Shown: one piece after another, positions 19,618-28,817 of the stretch
How the letters are laid out: the number at the start of each line of letters is the position of its first letter
How positions within the stretch are numbered: the first letter of the stretch is position 1
Source: Patescibacteria group bacterium
Lineage (GTDB): Bacteria > Patescibacteriota > Patescibacteriia > JAXHNJ01
Length of the DNA: 64,000 nucleotides
Direction: 5' to 3'
NCBI GenBank assembly: GCA_041649715.1
Contig: JBAZMP010000001.1
Coordinates: forward strand, 18,741-82,740
Notes under the pieces: model-generated
Databases searched by the model: none
Told to the model about the DNA's origin: nothing
The model's input: the letters and a program-made list of their open reading frames with translations, nothing else
Program-made: the position numbers and the translations under genes

Positions 19618-20442
19618 TTAGAACAGTTCGGTAAAGCGGTTCGGGTATACTGTTTTTCTAAAGCGAAGAACTAACACGCTATATCTCTGGTAGGGTCGTA
19701 GATCATTCGACATTTTCTTCACCCCAAATAACCGGTCAAACATCGCCTGGCGCACTTTTTGATTCTTTATACTGTGCATGAGGCAGGCCCTCTCCGTTGT
19801 TGACTGGCAGTAACACCGGAGCTCATAATCGGTTTCCGGCACCAACGTATTACGATCCTCATAGATAATTTCAAACTTGTTAAATAGCGTCATTATTTCT
19901 TTGTATGTTTCATTTGTTGGTGTTATGTCAAAGACTTTCTGTGCTCGTTTGATAAGATGATTCGGGATTGTGCGGGTGACATAAAAAGGGGAAGCTAAAA
20001 TATATCCGCCATCATTGAGCATGCCGAGGCATCGGTTTATCATTTTTTCTGGGTTGGGAAAAAATTTCAGAGAAGCTCCAACTACTATGTGAGTAAATTT
20101 ACCGCGCGGTTTATAGCGGAAACCATCAGCTACCTTGTATATAAAATTTATTTTAGATGCGTAGTGTTTTTTATTGTAATTTGCCATTTCAATCGATTTC
20201 CTTGATAAGTCAAAACCTTCGCCCTGGCAACCCGTCAGCGTCGCTAATTCACGAGAGGAAAATCCGGTGCTGCAGGCAACCTCAAGCAAACGGGAATTTC
20301 GGTTCAAACGTGAGTAAACCGCCCATTTCGACAGGGTCGTATACGATCCGGGTAATACATTCCATTGATTGATGAAACCAACAAAGTCGGTGTAGGAAAA
20401 CTTTTTAATAGCCTCCGGTGTTATTTTTTGTCCGTTTTTCAT
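19618..20442 (-). CDS. class I SAM-dependent methyltransferase
   Basis: LLEVACSTG motif I, GFDLS, VADG, LNDGG. Confidence 0.85.
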   Translation of the reverse strand: MKNGQKITPEAIKKFSYTDFVGFINQWNVLPGSYTTLSKWAVYSRLNRNSRLLEVACSTGFSSRELATLTGCQGEGFDLSRKSIEMANYNKKHYASKINFIYKVADGFRYKPRGKFTHIVVGASLKFFPNPEKMINRCLGMLNDGGYILASPFYVTRTIPNHLIKRAQKVFDITPTNETYKEIMTLFNKFEIIYEDRNTLVPETDYELRCYCQSTTERACLMHSIKNQKVRQAMFDRLFGVKKMSNDLRPYQRYSVLVLRFRKTVYPNRFTELF

Positions 20443-21664
20443 GTGTATATTTTAGACGATAAACCTTGGGGATGTTGTTTATAAATGTTTGCGCCAGTGA
20501 GTAAGTGAGCGCTCCCTGATTGGGTACGACGATAATATCCTTATCCCGCAGTTTTTTACCATAATAATAGTAACCCCATATATCCCATGTCGTGCACAGG
20601 TTGCCCCACATCTTGAATTTCCGTTCTCTTTTACTAGGATGAGAGAGATTTATTATAGGGAAATATTCAGTTTTGAATCTTTGCCAGCCGACCATATTGA
20701 CGCCACCGTTCAATATGCAATTCTTATCTTCCTTGATATCAGAAACACTTAATAGGATATGCATTGCCCCATTACAGATGTAACGACCGGGTTCAGATAG
20801 ATAGGTGGCATTGATTAACGGAGCTAGATATTTCTTGATGGCGTTACCGATGTTCTGAGCGTATTCTTCGATGGTGGAGGCTTGTCGTATTACATACTTT
20901 GGCCAACCCGATTTACTTTGCTTAATAATTCCTTCGTTCGCAGAAGATTCGAATCCGCCGCCGAAATCAATATATTTTATCTTGCCAAGCTGGTCGTCGG
21001 GAAAATTCCATTTTAAATAACTAGCCAAATCGCGGATTGTATCTCTGTAATAAGAACTGGTTTTGTTGCGAGATTGATGAAAATGGATGCCGTTTAAATC
21101 TAAAAAGGAATATCGGTTTGCCTCTTTCCAGAAATCCTTCAGTGATTTGAGGGGGATGCCGTATTTTGTCCAGTCCCCCTGTAAAGCCATATGGATACGA
21201 ACACCGCATTCAATTCTTTTTTTACGTTTATTCGCCAGCCGGCCTAGCCGTTTTAATTCATTGAAACTGTCTATATGGAGGCGTACTTTGTCGGCATGAT
21301 TCAGAGCCATTTTCAGATCATGGTAGCTTTTAGCCGGGCTGTAATAAACGATTTTTTTTGTCCCGGCTTTTAGTGCGATATTAAGTTCTCTGGCGCTCGC
21401 CACATCCAACCCCATGCCTCTTTTCACCGCCTCCCTGATGATATAGGGATGATGATTGAGTTTTAAGGCGTAATACGGCTGAAAATCCGGGATGTGTTTT
21501 TGGAAGGCGGTAATAAACGTTTTTATGTCTTTGTCCAGGGATTTTTGGTCATAAACATAAAAAGGTGTTTTATATTTATCGGCTAATTTAAAAAATTCAT
21601 TCCTCAGCAAAATAATTTTATTGACCACTGACAATATGTTTTTTGACACTGTATAGCGCGTCAT
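20405..21664 (-). CDS. PLP-dependent LysA/ornithine decarboxylase-fold enzyme
   Basis: TPFYVYD, YALKLN (PLP Lys), DVASAREL, KYG, IDFGGGF, EPGRY, GNLCTTWD. Confidence 0.85.
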   Translation of the reverse strand: MTRYTVSKNILSVVNKIILLRNEFFKLADKYKTPFYVYDQKSLDKDIKTFITAFQKHIPDFQPYYALKLNHHPYIIREAVKRGMGLDVASARELNIALKAGTKKIVYYSPAKSYHDLKMALNHADKVRLHIDSFNELKRLGRLANKRKKRIECGVRIHMALQGDWTKYGIPLKSLKDFWKEANRYSFLDLNGIHFHQSRNKTSSYYRDTIRDLASYLKWNFPDDQLGKIKYIDFGGGFESSANEGIIKQSKSGWPKYVIRQASTIEEYAQNIGNAIKKYLAPLINATYLSEPGRYICNGAMHILLSVSDIKEDKNCILNGGVNMVGWQRFKTEYFPIINLSHPSKRERKFKMWGNLCTTWDIWGYYYYGKKLRDKDIIVVPNQGALTYSLAQTFINNIPKVYRLKYTHEKRTKNNTGGY

Positions 21665-21668
21665 TTTT

Positions 21669-22673
21669 CTAACCAGAAACGGCTTTATTAAAGACAATTT
21701 GGTCGTTGTTAAGTAATCCGGTCCCGCCGTTTGGGATAGTGATCATAGGATCGGAATGGCCAAAGTCAGCGTTATATAGGACAGGATACTGGACGCCAGA
21801 AAAATATCTATGCAACAATTCCTCGAATGAATCTTCCGGCGAGAATTGAGATTGCTCGGTAAAACGCCCGAACACTAAACCGGAGATTTTTTTGAACCAA
21901 CCGATTTGCTCGCCTTGGCATAAAAATCGGTCAACATGGGCCGGCGTGCTTGTTTCGTCTTCCTCGATAAAGAGAATTTTTCCGGTCATATCAGGCAGAT
22001 ATTCTGTGCCGTTCAGGATTAATAACGTCTGGAGGTTCCCGGCCACAATTTGTCCTTTCGCCTTCCCTTTTTTGAATATTATAATTCCCTCATTTTTCTT
22101 GTTAACCCGATGGTTATTGTCTTTCCTGATAAAATATAAGTCATCCGCATAATCAGGGGATGACTTAATAATTATTTTTTCTCTTGGAGTAATACAGATA
22201 TTATTCAAATAGTTCCAGCTATAGACAAATGGTTCCGGTTTGGCAAATGAAATCACGCACGGACCGGAAAACGTCACAAGGCCAGTTTTTTGAGTAATCG
22301 CAGTTGTTAAAGCGGTTACGTCCGAATAACCAATAAAGATTTTAGGGTGCATTTTGATCAGCTTGTAATCCAAGTGATCCAATAACTGGTTGGTATTAAA
22401 TCCGCCCCAGAAAGACATAATGCCGCCGACATCTTCCCGCTTTACGAAGTGATGAATATCATCGACGCGTAAAGAGATCGATCCGGCTGTATGCTTTTGG
22501 GTTAATTCTTTCATGGATTTGCCCTCTTCGATTTGAAATCCTTTCATTCGTAGATATTCATAGCCGCGCTGTATTACGTTTTCAGGACAGATACCTCTGA
22601 CCGGATCCGCCGGAGCGATAATCCCAATCTTTTTATTCTTATCCAGTTTTGGCGGTAGTATTCTCAGGCTCAT
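21669..22673 (-). CDS. S66 LD-carboxypeptidase / MccF-like serine peptidase
   Basis: IGIIAPA, GGFNTNQLLD.LDY, KIFIGYSDVT, GNL, GKILFIEE, DFGHSDP triad motifs. Confidence 0.9.
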   Translation of the reverse strand: MSLRILPPKLDKNKKIGIIAPADPVRGICPENVIQRGYEYLRMKGFQIEEGKSMKELTQKHTAGSISLRVDDIHHFVKREDVGGIMSFWGGFNTNQLLDHLDYKLIKMHPKIFIGYSDVTALTTAITQKTGLVTFSGPCVISFAKPEPFVYSWNYLNNICITPREKIIIKSSPDYADDLYFIRKDNNHRVNKKNEGIIIFKKGKAKGQIVAGNLQTLLILNGTEYLPDMTGKILFIEEDETSTPAHVDRFLCQGEQIGWFKKISGLVFGRFTEQSQFSPEDSFEELLHRYFSGVQYPVLYNADFGHSDPMITIPNGGTGLLNNDQIVFNKAVSG

Positions 22674-22909
22674 AATTATTATATTACGGGATAAAATTAA
22701 GATATTTATACGGTTAAACTATTTAAATTATACATCTTTGGTGGATAAAAATCAAAAATATTGAAGATTTTTTCACGCAGTTTTTTGAAGGAAGCAATCC
22801 TTTGAAGGGGTAAGCCCGTACGACCGTTGTCGCCGTTTATTCTTAGACGGCGAATTTTTTATTCCATAAAAAAACTAGCCTTTGATACGGCCAGTTTTTT
22901 TATTGAGAA

Positions 22910-23512
22910 TTATTGTTCTTTATTTATTCTTTCCTCAAATTCATTGGTGATTTCCACCACTCTTTCATCGTCAGCCACGCCTCTTAGCTCTCCGACTAGT
23001 TCTAGCACCTTCGCTTTTTTTTCTTCATCAGTAAAATCCTTTTTATCTAAAGTAACCAGGTTTAGGCCCACCTGCGCTTCTAAGTGGCGCAAATCTTGTT
23101 CGTTGTGGCCGGGTTTTCCCCAACCGTCGATCACTCTCTCGATTAAACTGATCGTTTGGTCGATTTGGTCCGCTTTGTTTTCCCTGGTTTTTTCCCGCTT
23201 CAGGAGTTTTTTATCCGGTTTCAGGCCAAATCTTTCTTTTAATTGGTGGATGATTTTCGGTATTCTTTTGTCGTCAGCCACTTTCTCCAATTTATCAACT
23301 AAGCCGAAGACCTCTTCTTTTCTTTCGTCAGTTAAATCCCCCTCTTTTAAGACCGCGAGATTCAAGCCCGTTTCCGCTTCCATCCGGCGCAATTCTGCTT
23401 CGTTGTTGTCTGGTTTTTCCCAGCCTGTGACCGTTTGTTCAAGAAGGCCGACCGTCTGTTCGATCTGCCAGCTTTTGGCCGCTTCTTGGTTTGGTTCGCC
23501 TTCAATGCCCAT
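22910..23512 (-). CDS. hypothetical protein with two ~75-aa internal repeats
   Basis: QIEQT..L.E....GW.KP..NE..LR..EA..GLNL...VADD.R occurs twice. Confidence 0.7.
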   Translation of the reverse strand: MGIEGEPNQEAAKSWQIEQTVGLLEQTVTGWEKPDNNEAELRRMEAETGLNLAVLKEGDLTDERKEEVFGLVDKLEKVADDKRIPKIIHQLKERFGLKPDKKLLKREKTRENKADQIDQTISLIERVIDGWGKPGHNEQDLRHLEAQVGLNLVTLDKKDFTDEEKKAKVLELVGELRGVADDERVVEITNEFEERINKEQ

Positions 23513-23825
23513 ATAATTTCCTTTCGTATTATTTTTTGATCTATTGTTAGATTAGCTTAGCGTAAAAAACGGAAAATGTCAAGAAGGAAACACGGTTATT
23601 CTAATTTTGTTATATTTTTCCTTCACGTCCCCTTATTTACTCCCTAATTCTTCCCAATCCGCGCATTCTTTGATTTTTATATGCTGTAACGGTAAGGGCG
23701 CAATTTAGGCGGGTAATATCCAGGGGCAGGAACTTTTTAGCTTGTAAATAATGGATATTTTACATAGTTGCTAAAATATGCTATATTTAAAAGGAATTTA
23801 ATTTATTAAAATAATAAAAAAGCCT

Positions 23826-24107
23826 ATGGCAAAAATTACAAAATCCCAGTTGCTCAATGTCTTGGCCGAAAAAACCACTTTGGCCAAAAAGCAAGTCGCC
23901 ATGTTTTTAGATGCTTTAGCGGAAGTAGCCTACAGCCAGGTAAAATCCAACGGAGAATTTACCATTCCGGGAATTGGCAAATTAGTCAAAAAGCATCGCG
24001 CGGCTCGGATGGGTCGTAACCCAGCGACCGGCGCCACGATCAAAATTGCGGCTAAGACAGTGGTAAAATTCCGCGTCGCCAAAGCGGCCAAAGACGCCAT
24101 TCTATAA
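23826..24107 (+). CDS. hup: HU family DNA-binding protein
   Basis: TKSQL, IPGIGKL, RAARMGRNPATG..IKIAAK..VKFR. Confidence 0.93.
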   Translation: MAKITKSQLLNVLAEKTTLAKKQVAMFLDALAEVAYSQVKSNGEFTIPGIGKLVKKHRAARMGRNPATGATIKIAAKTVVKFRVAKAAKDAIL

Positions 24108-24127
24108 ACAATAGTTGGTCTAATAAT

Positions 24128-24160
24128 AAAAGGCCAGTCTCGTAGGAGCTGGCCTTTTTT
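24128..24160. terminator. bidirectional intrinsic terminator
   Basis: aaaaggccag..ctggcctttttt between convergent genes. Confidence 0.7.
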
Positions 24161-24167
24161 GGTTTAT

Positions 24168-25205
24168 TCATTTTCTTGTTATTTGGACAATCCCGTTATT
24201 TCCGTCCACTTTAACTAGGTCGTTATCTGTTATGAATTTCGTCGCTATTTTAGTGCTAATGACACAGGGTGTCTTGAGCTCTCGGGAAACGATCGCGGCG
24301 TGACAGGTGATTCCTCCCTCATCAGTGACAATACCGGCCGCTCGTCTCAAAGCGACCATCATATCGGCGGTTGTCATGGGCGTGATCAGAATATCGCCTT
24401 TTTTTACCTTGTTTAAATCAGAGAGTTCAAAAACGACTCTTGCTTTTCCTTGCGCTTTGCCGCGGCAGGCGGATTGACCCTTGATTATATCGGCATCAAT
24501 CTTTTCCTTAGTGTTGTCTTTTAAAATAATATCATTATCCGTTAAGTATTTCTTGATATTTAAATATATTTTACCCCGATGAAATAAGTAGCCATGTGTT
24601 CTTCTGGCGAGTTCATTCTTCGAAGGAAAACTTTTAGTCTTTTCGCTGGGCAATAAATAAGGGAAATATTTTGGAGGAATACGATTTTTTTGTCCTAATT
24701 CGAGGTAAGTAATGTTTGACAGATAGGTCATAGCCGGATGAAGTATGCCTTCGCTTTCCACCCTGATGGTAAAGCATGTTTTTCTTAATTTTTGACTGAC
24801 TTTGAAAATTTTGGTACCGCCAAAAATATTAGAGAGGGCAATAATAGGCCAGATTTCCTGAATCAAAAAATACAACCTATTTGAATTTTTCAGCCTTTTA
24901 GTGATAATCGATTTTATTTCCCGGCGATAGATATCAAATTTCACCTTTCTTTTGATAAACAGTGAAATATTATTTTCTAAATAATTAAATATCGGTTCCA
25001 AGCCTTGTTTTGGGTCAGAAAAATTATAATAGATAGAAATTCCTTTCTGCGGGTGATATATAAATAGCGGATCAAAAAAAATAAGATTATCAAATTGTCG
25101 AGGTAGGGCTAATCTTTCGCCCCTATCCCAGCAATCACAGGCGATTAAATCCATTGGTCTGGCCATGATTTTTCGGAATTCTTGTTTTCGCAAGTGTTTT
25201 TTCAT
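24168..25205 (-). CDS. PEP-utilizing mobile (His-swivel) domain protein with variable N-terminus
   Basis: C-term VTDEGGITCHAAIVSRELKTP...VDGNNG. Confidence 0.85.
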   Translation of the reverse strand: MKKHLRKQEFRKIMARPMDLIACDCWDRGERLALPRQFDNLIFFDPLFIYHPQKGISIYYNFSDPKQGLEPIFNYLENNISLFIKRKVKFDIYRREIKSIITKRLKNSNRLYFLIQEIWPIIALSNIFGGTKIFKVSQKLRKTCFTIRVESEGILHPAMTYLSNITYLELGQKNRIPPKYFPYLLPSEKTKSFPSKNELARRTHGYLFHRGKIYLNIKKYLTDNDIILKDNTKEKIDADIIKGQSACRGKAQGKARVVFELSDLNKVKKGDILITPMTTADMMVALRRAAGIVTDEGGITCHAAIVSRELKTPCVISTKIATKFITDNDLVKVDGNNGIVQITRK

Positions 25206-25253
25206 TTTAAGATTCAGAGAGTAGTAATCGGTCTTGTTTGGATAATATATATT

Positions 25254-26387
25254 TTATTTCCTTCCCGATTTTTTGATAATTTGAGCCACTCCTTTATAGG
25301 CGTTTACTTGTACCAAATCGCCGTTTTTTAAAATTTGAGTCGCATTTTTTGTCCCCACGAGGCAGGGTTTTTTCAGTTCGCGTGAGATTATGGCCGCATG
25401 GCAAGTTATGCCGCCTTCGTCCGTAATAATCGCACCAGCATTCTTAAGAAAGGGAGTCATTTGCGGATTGGTCATGCTCGTGACTAAAATATTGCCCTTT
25501 TTCACCGCCGTGGTGCCGCTCCAGGATAAGTGAATTATTACCTTACCAGTGGCAAGACCGGGGTAGGCGATATCGCCCCTGATTTTGCGGTTATCAATTT
25601 TTCGAAGTTTATTTTGCCAATAAATGAATTTGTTACCGGTATATAAATTCCATGCCCCATCTTTTTTGATAAAAACGCAGCCCTTTAACCTTTTTCTTAA
25701 CTCCCCCGTAGATACTGTTATTTCATCAGTGATAGCCTTTTCTACTTCCTCCTTTCTCATGGCGCTAGCAAGATTAATCGATAGCTTGGTTTTTTTGGCA
25801 ATATATTTTGTGAAAGAGTCATCAGTGACGTATGTTTCCGAGTCTTTATGTAGCTGTAATTTGATCTCTCCCATTCGTCCTAGCCTTTTCACGTATTTTT
25901 TTACTTGACCATTAGTGATTTCGTTTATTTTATGCGTAGATAAAATTTTAACCAATGCGTTTCTTGATGTTAATTTAAGAAGCTTAGCTTCAACTGCCTG
26001 CGAGAATGGCGGTTCGTAAAATCGGTATAATTTGCAGAATTTATCGTTTAACCGCAGAGATTTTTTCCATTCGGCTAGAACGTTTTTTGAATTAAGCCGT
26101 GGTTTTTTGTAGTTTTTAAGCTGGACGCTTAAATTTTTGGATTTGGCAATTAAAGAAGCGGAGAATTTGTCATTTAATAATCGGGAGCCCAAATAACGGC
26201 ATTGTTTTATGCTTAAGGGTGACAAATAGGCCCTAGTGATGTTGTTTTCGCGCAAAACGATAAAATCAACCTCGCCGTAAGTTTCATTGTTGTTAAAAAT
26301 CATGTCCAGGGTAAGAATATTGAACCCGGAATTAGAAAAATGAAGACTATATCTTTTGGCGTCTTGATTATTTTTTTGAGAGCGCAT
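25254..26387 (-). CDS. PEP-utilizing mobile (His-swivel) domain protein with variable N-terminus
   Basis: ITDEGGITCHAAIISRELKKP; likely ATG 1 nt after the upstream stop. Confidence 0.85.
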   Translation of the reverse strand: MRSQKNNQDAKRYSLHFSNSGFNILTLDMIFNNNETYGEVDFIVLRENNITRAYLSPLSIKQCRYLGSRLLNDKFSASLIAKSKNLSVQLKNYKKPRLNSKNVLAEWKKSLRLNDKFCKLYRFYEPPFSQAVEAKLLKLTSRNALVKILSTHKINEITNGQVKKYVKRLGRMGEIKLQLHKDSETYVTDDSFTKYIAKKTKLSINLASAMRKEEVEKAITDEITVSTGELRKRLKGCVFIKKDGAWNLYTGNKFIYWQNKLRKIDNRKIRGDIAYPGLATGKVIIHLSWSGTTAVKKGNILVTSMTNPQMTPFLKNAGAIITDEGGITCHAAIISRELKKPCLVGTKNATQILKNGDLVQVNAYKGVAQIIKKSGRK

Positions 26388-26388
26388 T

Positions 26389-27327
26389 TTATAAAGTAGT
26401 AATCGGTCTCGATTGGACAATATACATTTTATTTTTTTCGTAGGCCCATTCAATATCCTGCGGTATGCCGTAGTGTTTTTCGATTTTTTGGCAGAGTTTA
26501 GCCAGGGATATTATTTGTTTGTCGCCAAGCTTTTGTTTTTCTTGCTGGCTGGCCGGCACAGATTTGTTCATATTTCCAGAGGGACCTTTAACAATCATTT
26601 TTCCCTGCTGACTGATGCTTTTTTCCTTGAGGGCAAAATTCTTTTTATCGATAATATAGGTGTCGGGAGTAATAATACCCCCGACGATCGCTTCGCCCAG
26701 GCCGTAGCCGGCTTCAATCACGATTTGGCCCCGATCTTTAGTCACTGGGTGGGCGGTGAAACAAATACCCGAGATTTCTGAATTAATCATTTTTTGGACG
26801 ACCACGGCGACTGCCACTTTTGTTTTACGCAGTTTTTTCTCAAAGCGGTAGGAGATGGCGCGGGGCGTAAATAGCGACGCCCAGCATTTTTTGACGCTGG
26901 TCAGCAGGTTTTTATTATCCACGTTGAGATAACTTTCTAATTCGCCGGCCCAGGAAGCAACGGAGGAATCTTCGGCGGTAGCGGAACTGCGCACCGCTAC
27001 ATATTTAGCCTTAAGATTTAAGAATTCTTTTTGTATTTCGCCTTTCATCTCCGGCGGAAATTCAAGCTTTAAAATTAAACCCCTGATTTTATCCGACGCT
27101 TGATTAACTGAATTAATATTTTTTAGGTTGATCTTATTTAACAAAGCTTCAATTTTCGTCCCCAGTTGGTTTTTTTCCACGAACTGGTCAAAAGCCGAAG
27201 CCAAAACGACAAAACCGGGAGGGACGGGAATGCCAGCCTGCGTCATTTCGCCTAAAGAAGCGCCCTTGCCGCCGGCAATGGCGGCGTCATTTTTGCCTAA
27301 ATATTGAAAATTTTTAACAAAGGCCAT
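26389..27327 (-). CDS. stand-alone PEP/pyruvate-binding (ATP-grasp) domain of the PEP synthase/RPH family
   Basis: GGKGASLGEM..GIPVPPGF, VAVRSSATAED...SWAG, AVVVQKM, GLGEAIVGG..PD, PQDIEWA, IVQSRPIT; ends there with no swivel domain. Confidence 0.92.
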   Translation of the reverse strand: MAFVKNFQYLGKNDAAIAGGKGASLGEMTQAGIPVPPGFVVLASAFDQFVEKNQLGTKIEALLNKINLKNINSVNQASDKIRGLILKLEFPPEMKGEIQKEFLNLKAKYVAVRSSATAEDSSVASWAGELESYLNVDNKNLLTSVKKCWASLFTPRAISYRFEKKLRKTKVAVAVVVQKMINSEISGICFTAHPVTKDRGQIVIEAGYGLGEAIVGGIITPDTYIIDKKNFALKEKSISQQGKMIVKGPSGNMNKSVPASQQEKQKLGDKQIISLAKLCQKIEKHYGIPQDIEWAYEKNKMYIVQSRPITTL

Positions 27328-27328
27328 A

Positions 27329-28801
27329 TTATTTTGCCTTTTTAATTATTTTTACCAATCCATGATTAGCGTTTACGTCAATTAAATCTCCATCTGCCAG
27401 AGATCTTGTGGCGATCTGAGTCCCGGTAATGCAGGGGATATTTAATTCTCTGGAGACAATGGCGGCGTGACAGGTAATTCCGCCTTCATCCGTGATGACC
27501 GCCGCCGCCTTTTTCATAATTGAGACATATTCGGGGCGGGTCATAGAGGCCACAATCACGTCGCCGTTGTCCATTTTAGAAAAATCCTTTTGGTTTAGAA
27601 TAATCTTCGCGATACCAATAACTTTTCCGGGCGAGACGGTTGTTCCCCTGATTTCTGAAGCGGCAATGGTTTTTTCCAGAATTTCAAAGTATTCCTCGGC
27701 GATTGAACCAGAAACGACTTCAAGTTTCGTGGTTTTTCCCGCAAAAACAATGAGACCAATGTTAGCTCTTTTTTTAAGCTCGGCAATCGTTTTTTTATCG
27801 CGTTTTATAATCAGGGGTATTTCATCGGGGACAGCATATTTTAGAAGGTCGATGCCAATCCCAATTTCTTTTGATATTTTTTCAATTATTTCAATAAATA
27901 CATAATTGGCTATCTGGTTGTATTTTTTGCGATCATCGCGATACGTAGTTACCCAATTAAAAAAGTTTAAGAATCGTAAAGTATTTCCGCTTATGGCGTA
28001 TTTATTAATCAAGGCGTTTTTGTTTTTCTTTACTTCTTCAAATTTTTCCAGCCCGTTTATTATACTCTTTACTTCCGCCTGATTTTTTACTAATTCTTTT
28101 AACTTTTTGGAAAAATATTTTTCATCGAGATACTCCGCCTTTTCATAATCATTCTTAAGCCAGTAATAATTGTCAGAATGTTTATTGATTAATTTTTTAA
28201 CTTCAGGCGAGTCAATGCCTTTTTCTTTGGCAATTTTATAAATACTTGAAAGGTCTTTTTGCTCTTTCTGCAAATTGGATAGTTCATCCGGGCTTAGCAG
28301 CGTATTTACATCATTCTTGTCTAGTTTTTCTTTGGTAGGGCCGAAAATAAAATCAATAATTTGGCTTTCGAAAGGATCCAGCAAGTCGATGTATAATGAA
28401 TTTTCCCAAAATTTCATATTCCATTCTAAAAATGACTCGTATTCTTTAATAAAAGATCGTGAAATGACTTTGTTTTTGAGGATAGCGAGCCCTGTTTTTT
28501 CTATTTCTTTGGCCGCGAGATAACAATCATTTTTCAGAGTTTTGAAGAAATCATTATTATTTTTGAGCCGGACAAATATCTTTTTTACCTGCTCGAGCGT
28601 TAAAAAATAATCGAAATAATGATAAAAGGTAAAACCGGTTTTTGTTTTGAGAAAAGTGCCTAAATCATTGGGGAAATAAAAACCCGATTTTTTAAACATC
28701 CTTTCGGAAAGGGCTAAAAAAGGCATCCCGCAACATAAAGGAATTCCTGCCCCGGATTGTCGGTACCACTTGATCGTTTTTACCTTTTTTTTCGTAAGCA
28801 T
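27329..28801 (-). CDS. PEP-utilizing mobile (His-swivel) domain protein with variable helical N-terminus
   Basis: MTRPE, ITDEGGITCHAAIVSRELNIP. Confidence 0.85.
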   Translation of the reverse strand: MLTKKKVKTIKWYRQSGAGIPLCCGMPFLALSERMFKKSGFYFPNDLGTFLKTKTGFTFYHYFDYFLTLEQVKKIFVRLKNNNDFFKTLKNDCYLAAKEIEKTGLAILKNKVISRSFIKEYESFLEWNMKFWENSLYIDLLDPFESQIIDFIFGPTKEKLDKNDVNTLLSPDELSNLQKEQKDLSSIYKIAKEKGIDSPEVKKLINKHSDNYYWLKNDYEKAEYLDEKYFSKKLKELVKNQAEVKSIINGLEKFEEVKKNKNALINKYAISGNTLRFLNFFNWVTTYRDDRKKYNQIANYVFIEIIEKISKEIGIGIDLLKYAVPDEIPLIIKRDKKTIAELKKRANIGLIVFAGKTTKLEVVSGSIAEEYFEILEKTIAASEIRGTTVSPGKVIGIAKIILNQKDFSKMDNGDVIVASMTRPEYVSIMKKAAAVITDEGGITCHAAIVSRELNIPCITGTQIATRSLADGDLIDVNANHGLVKIIKKAK

Positions 28802-28817
28802 AAATTGGCTTGTTATA

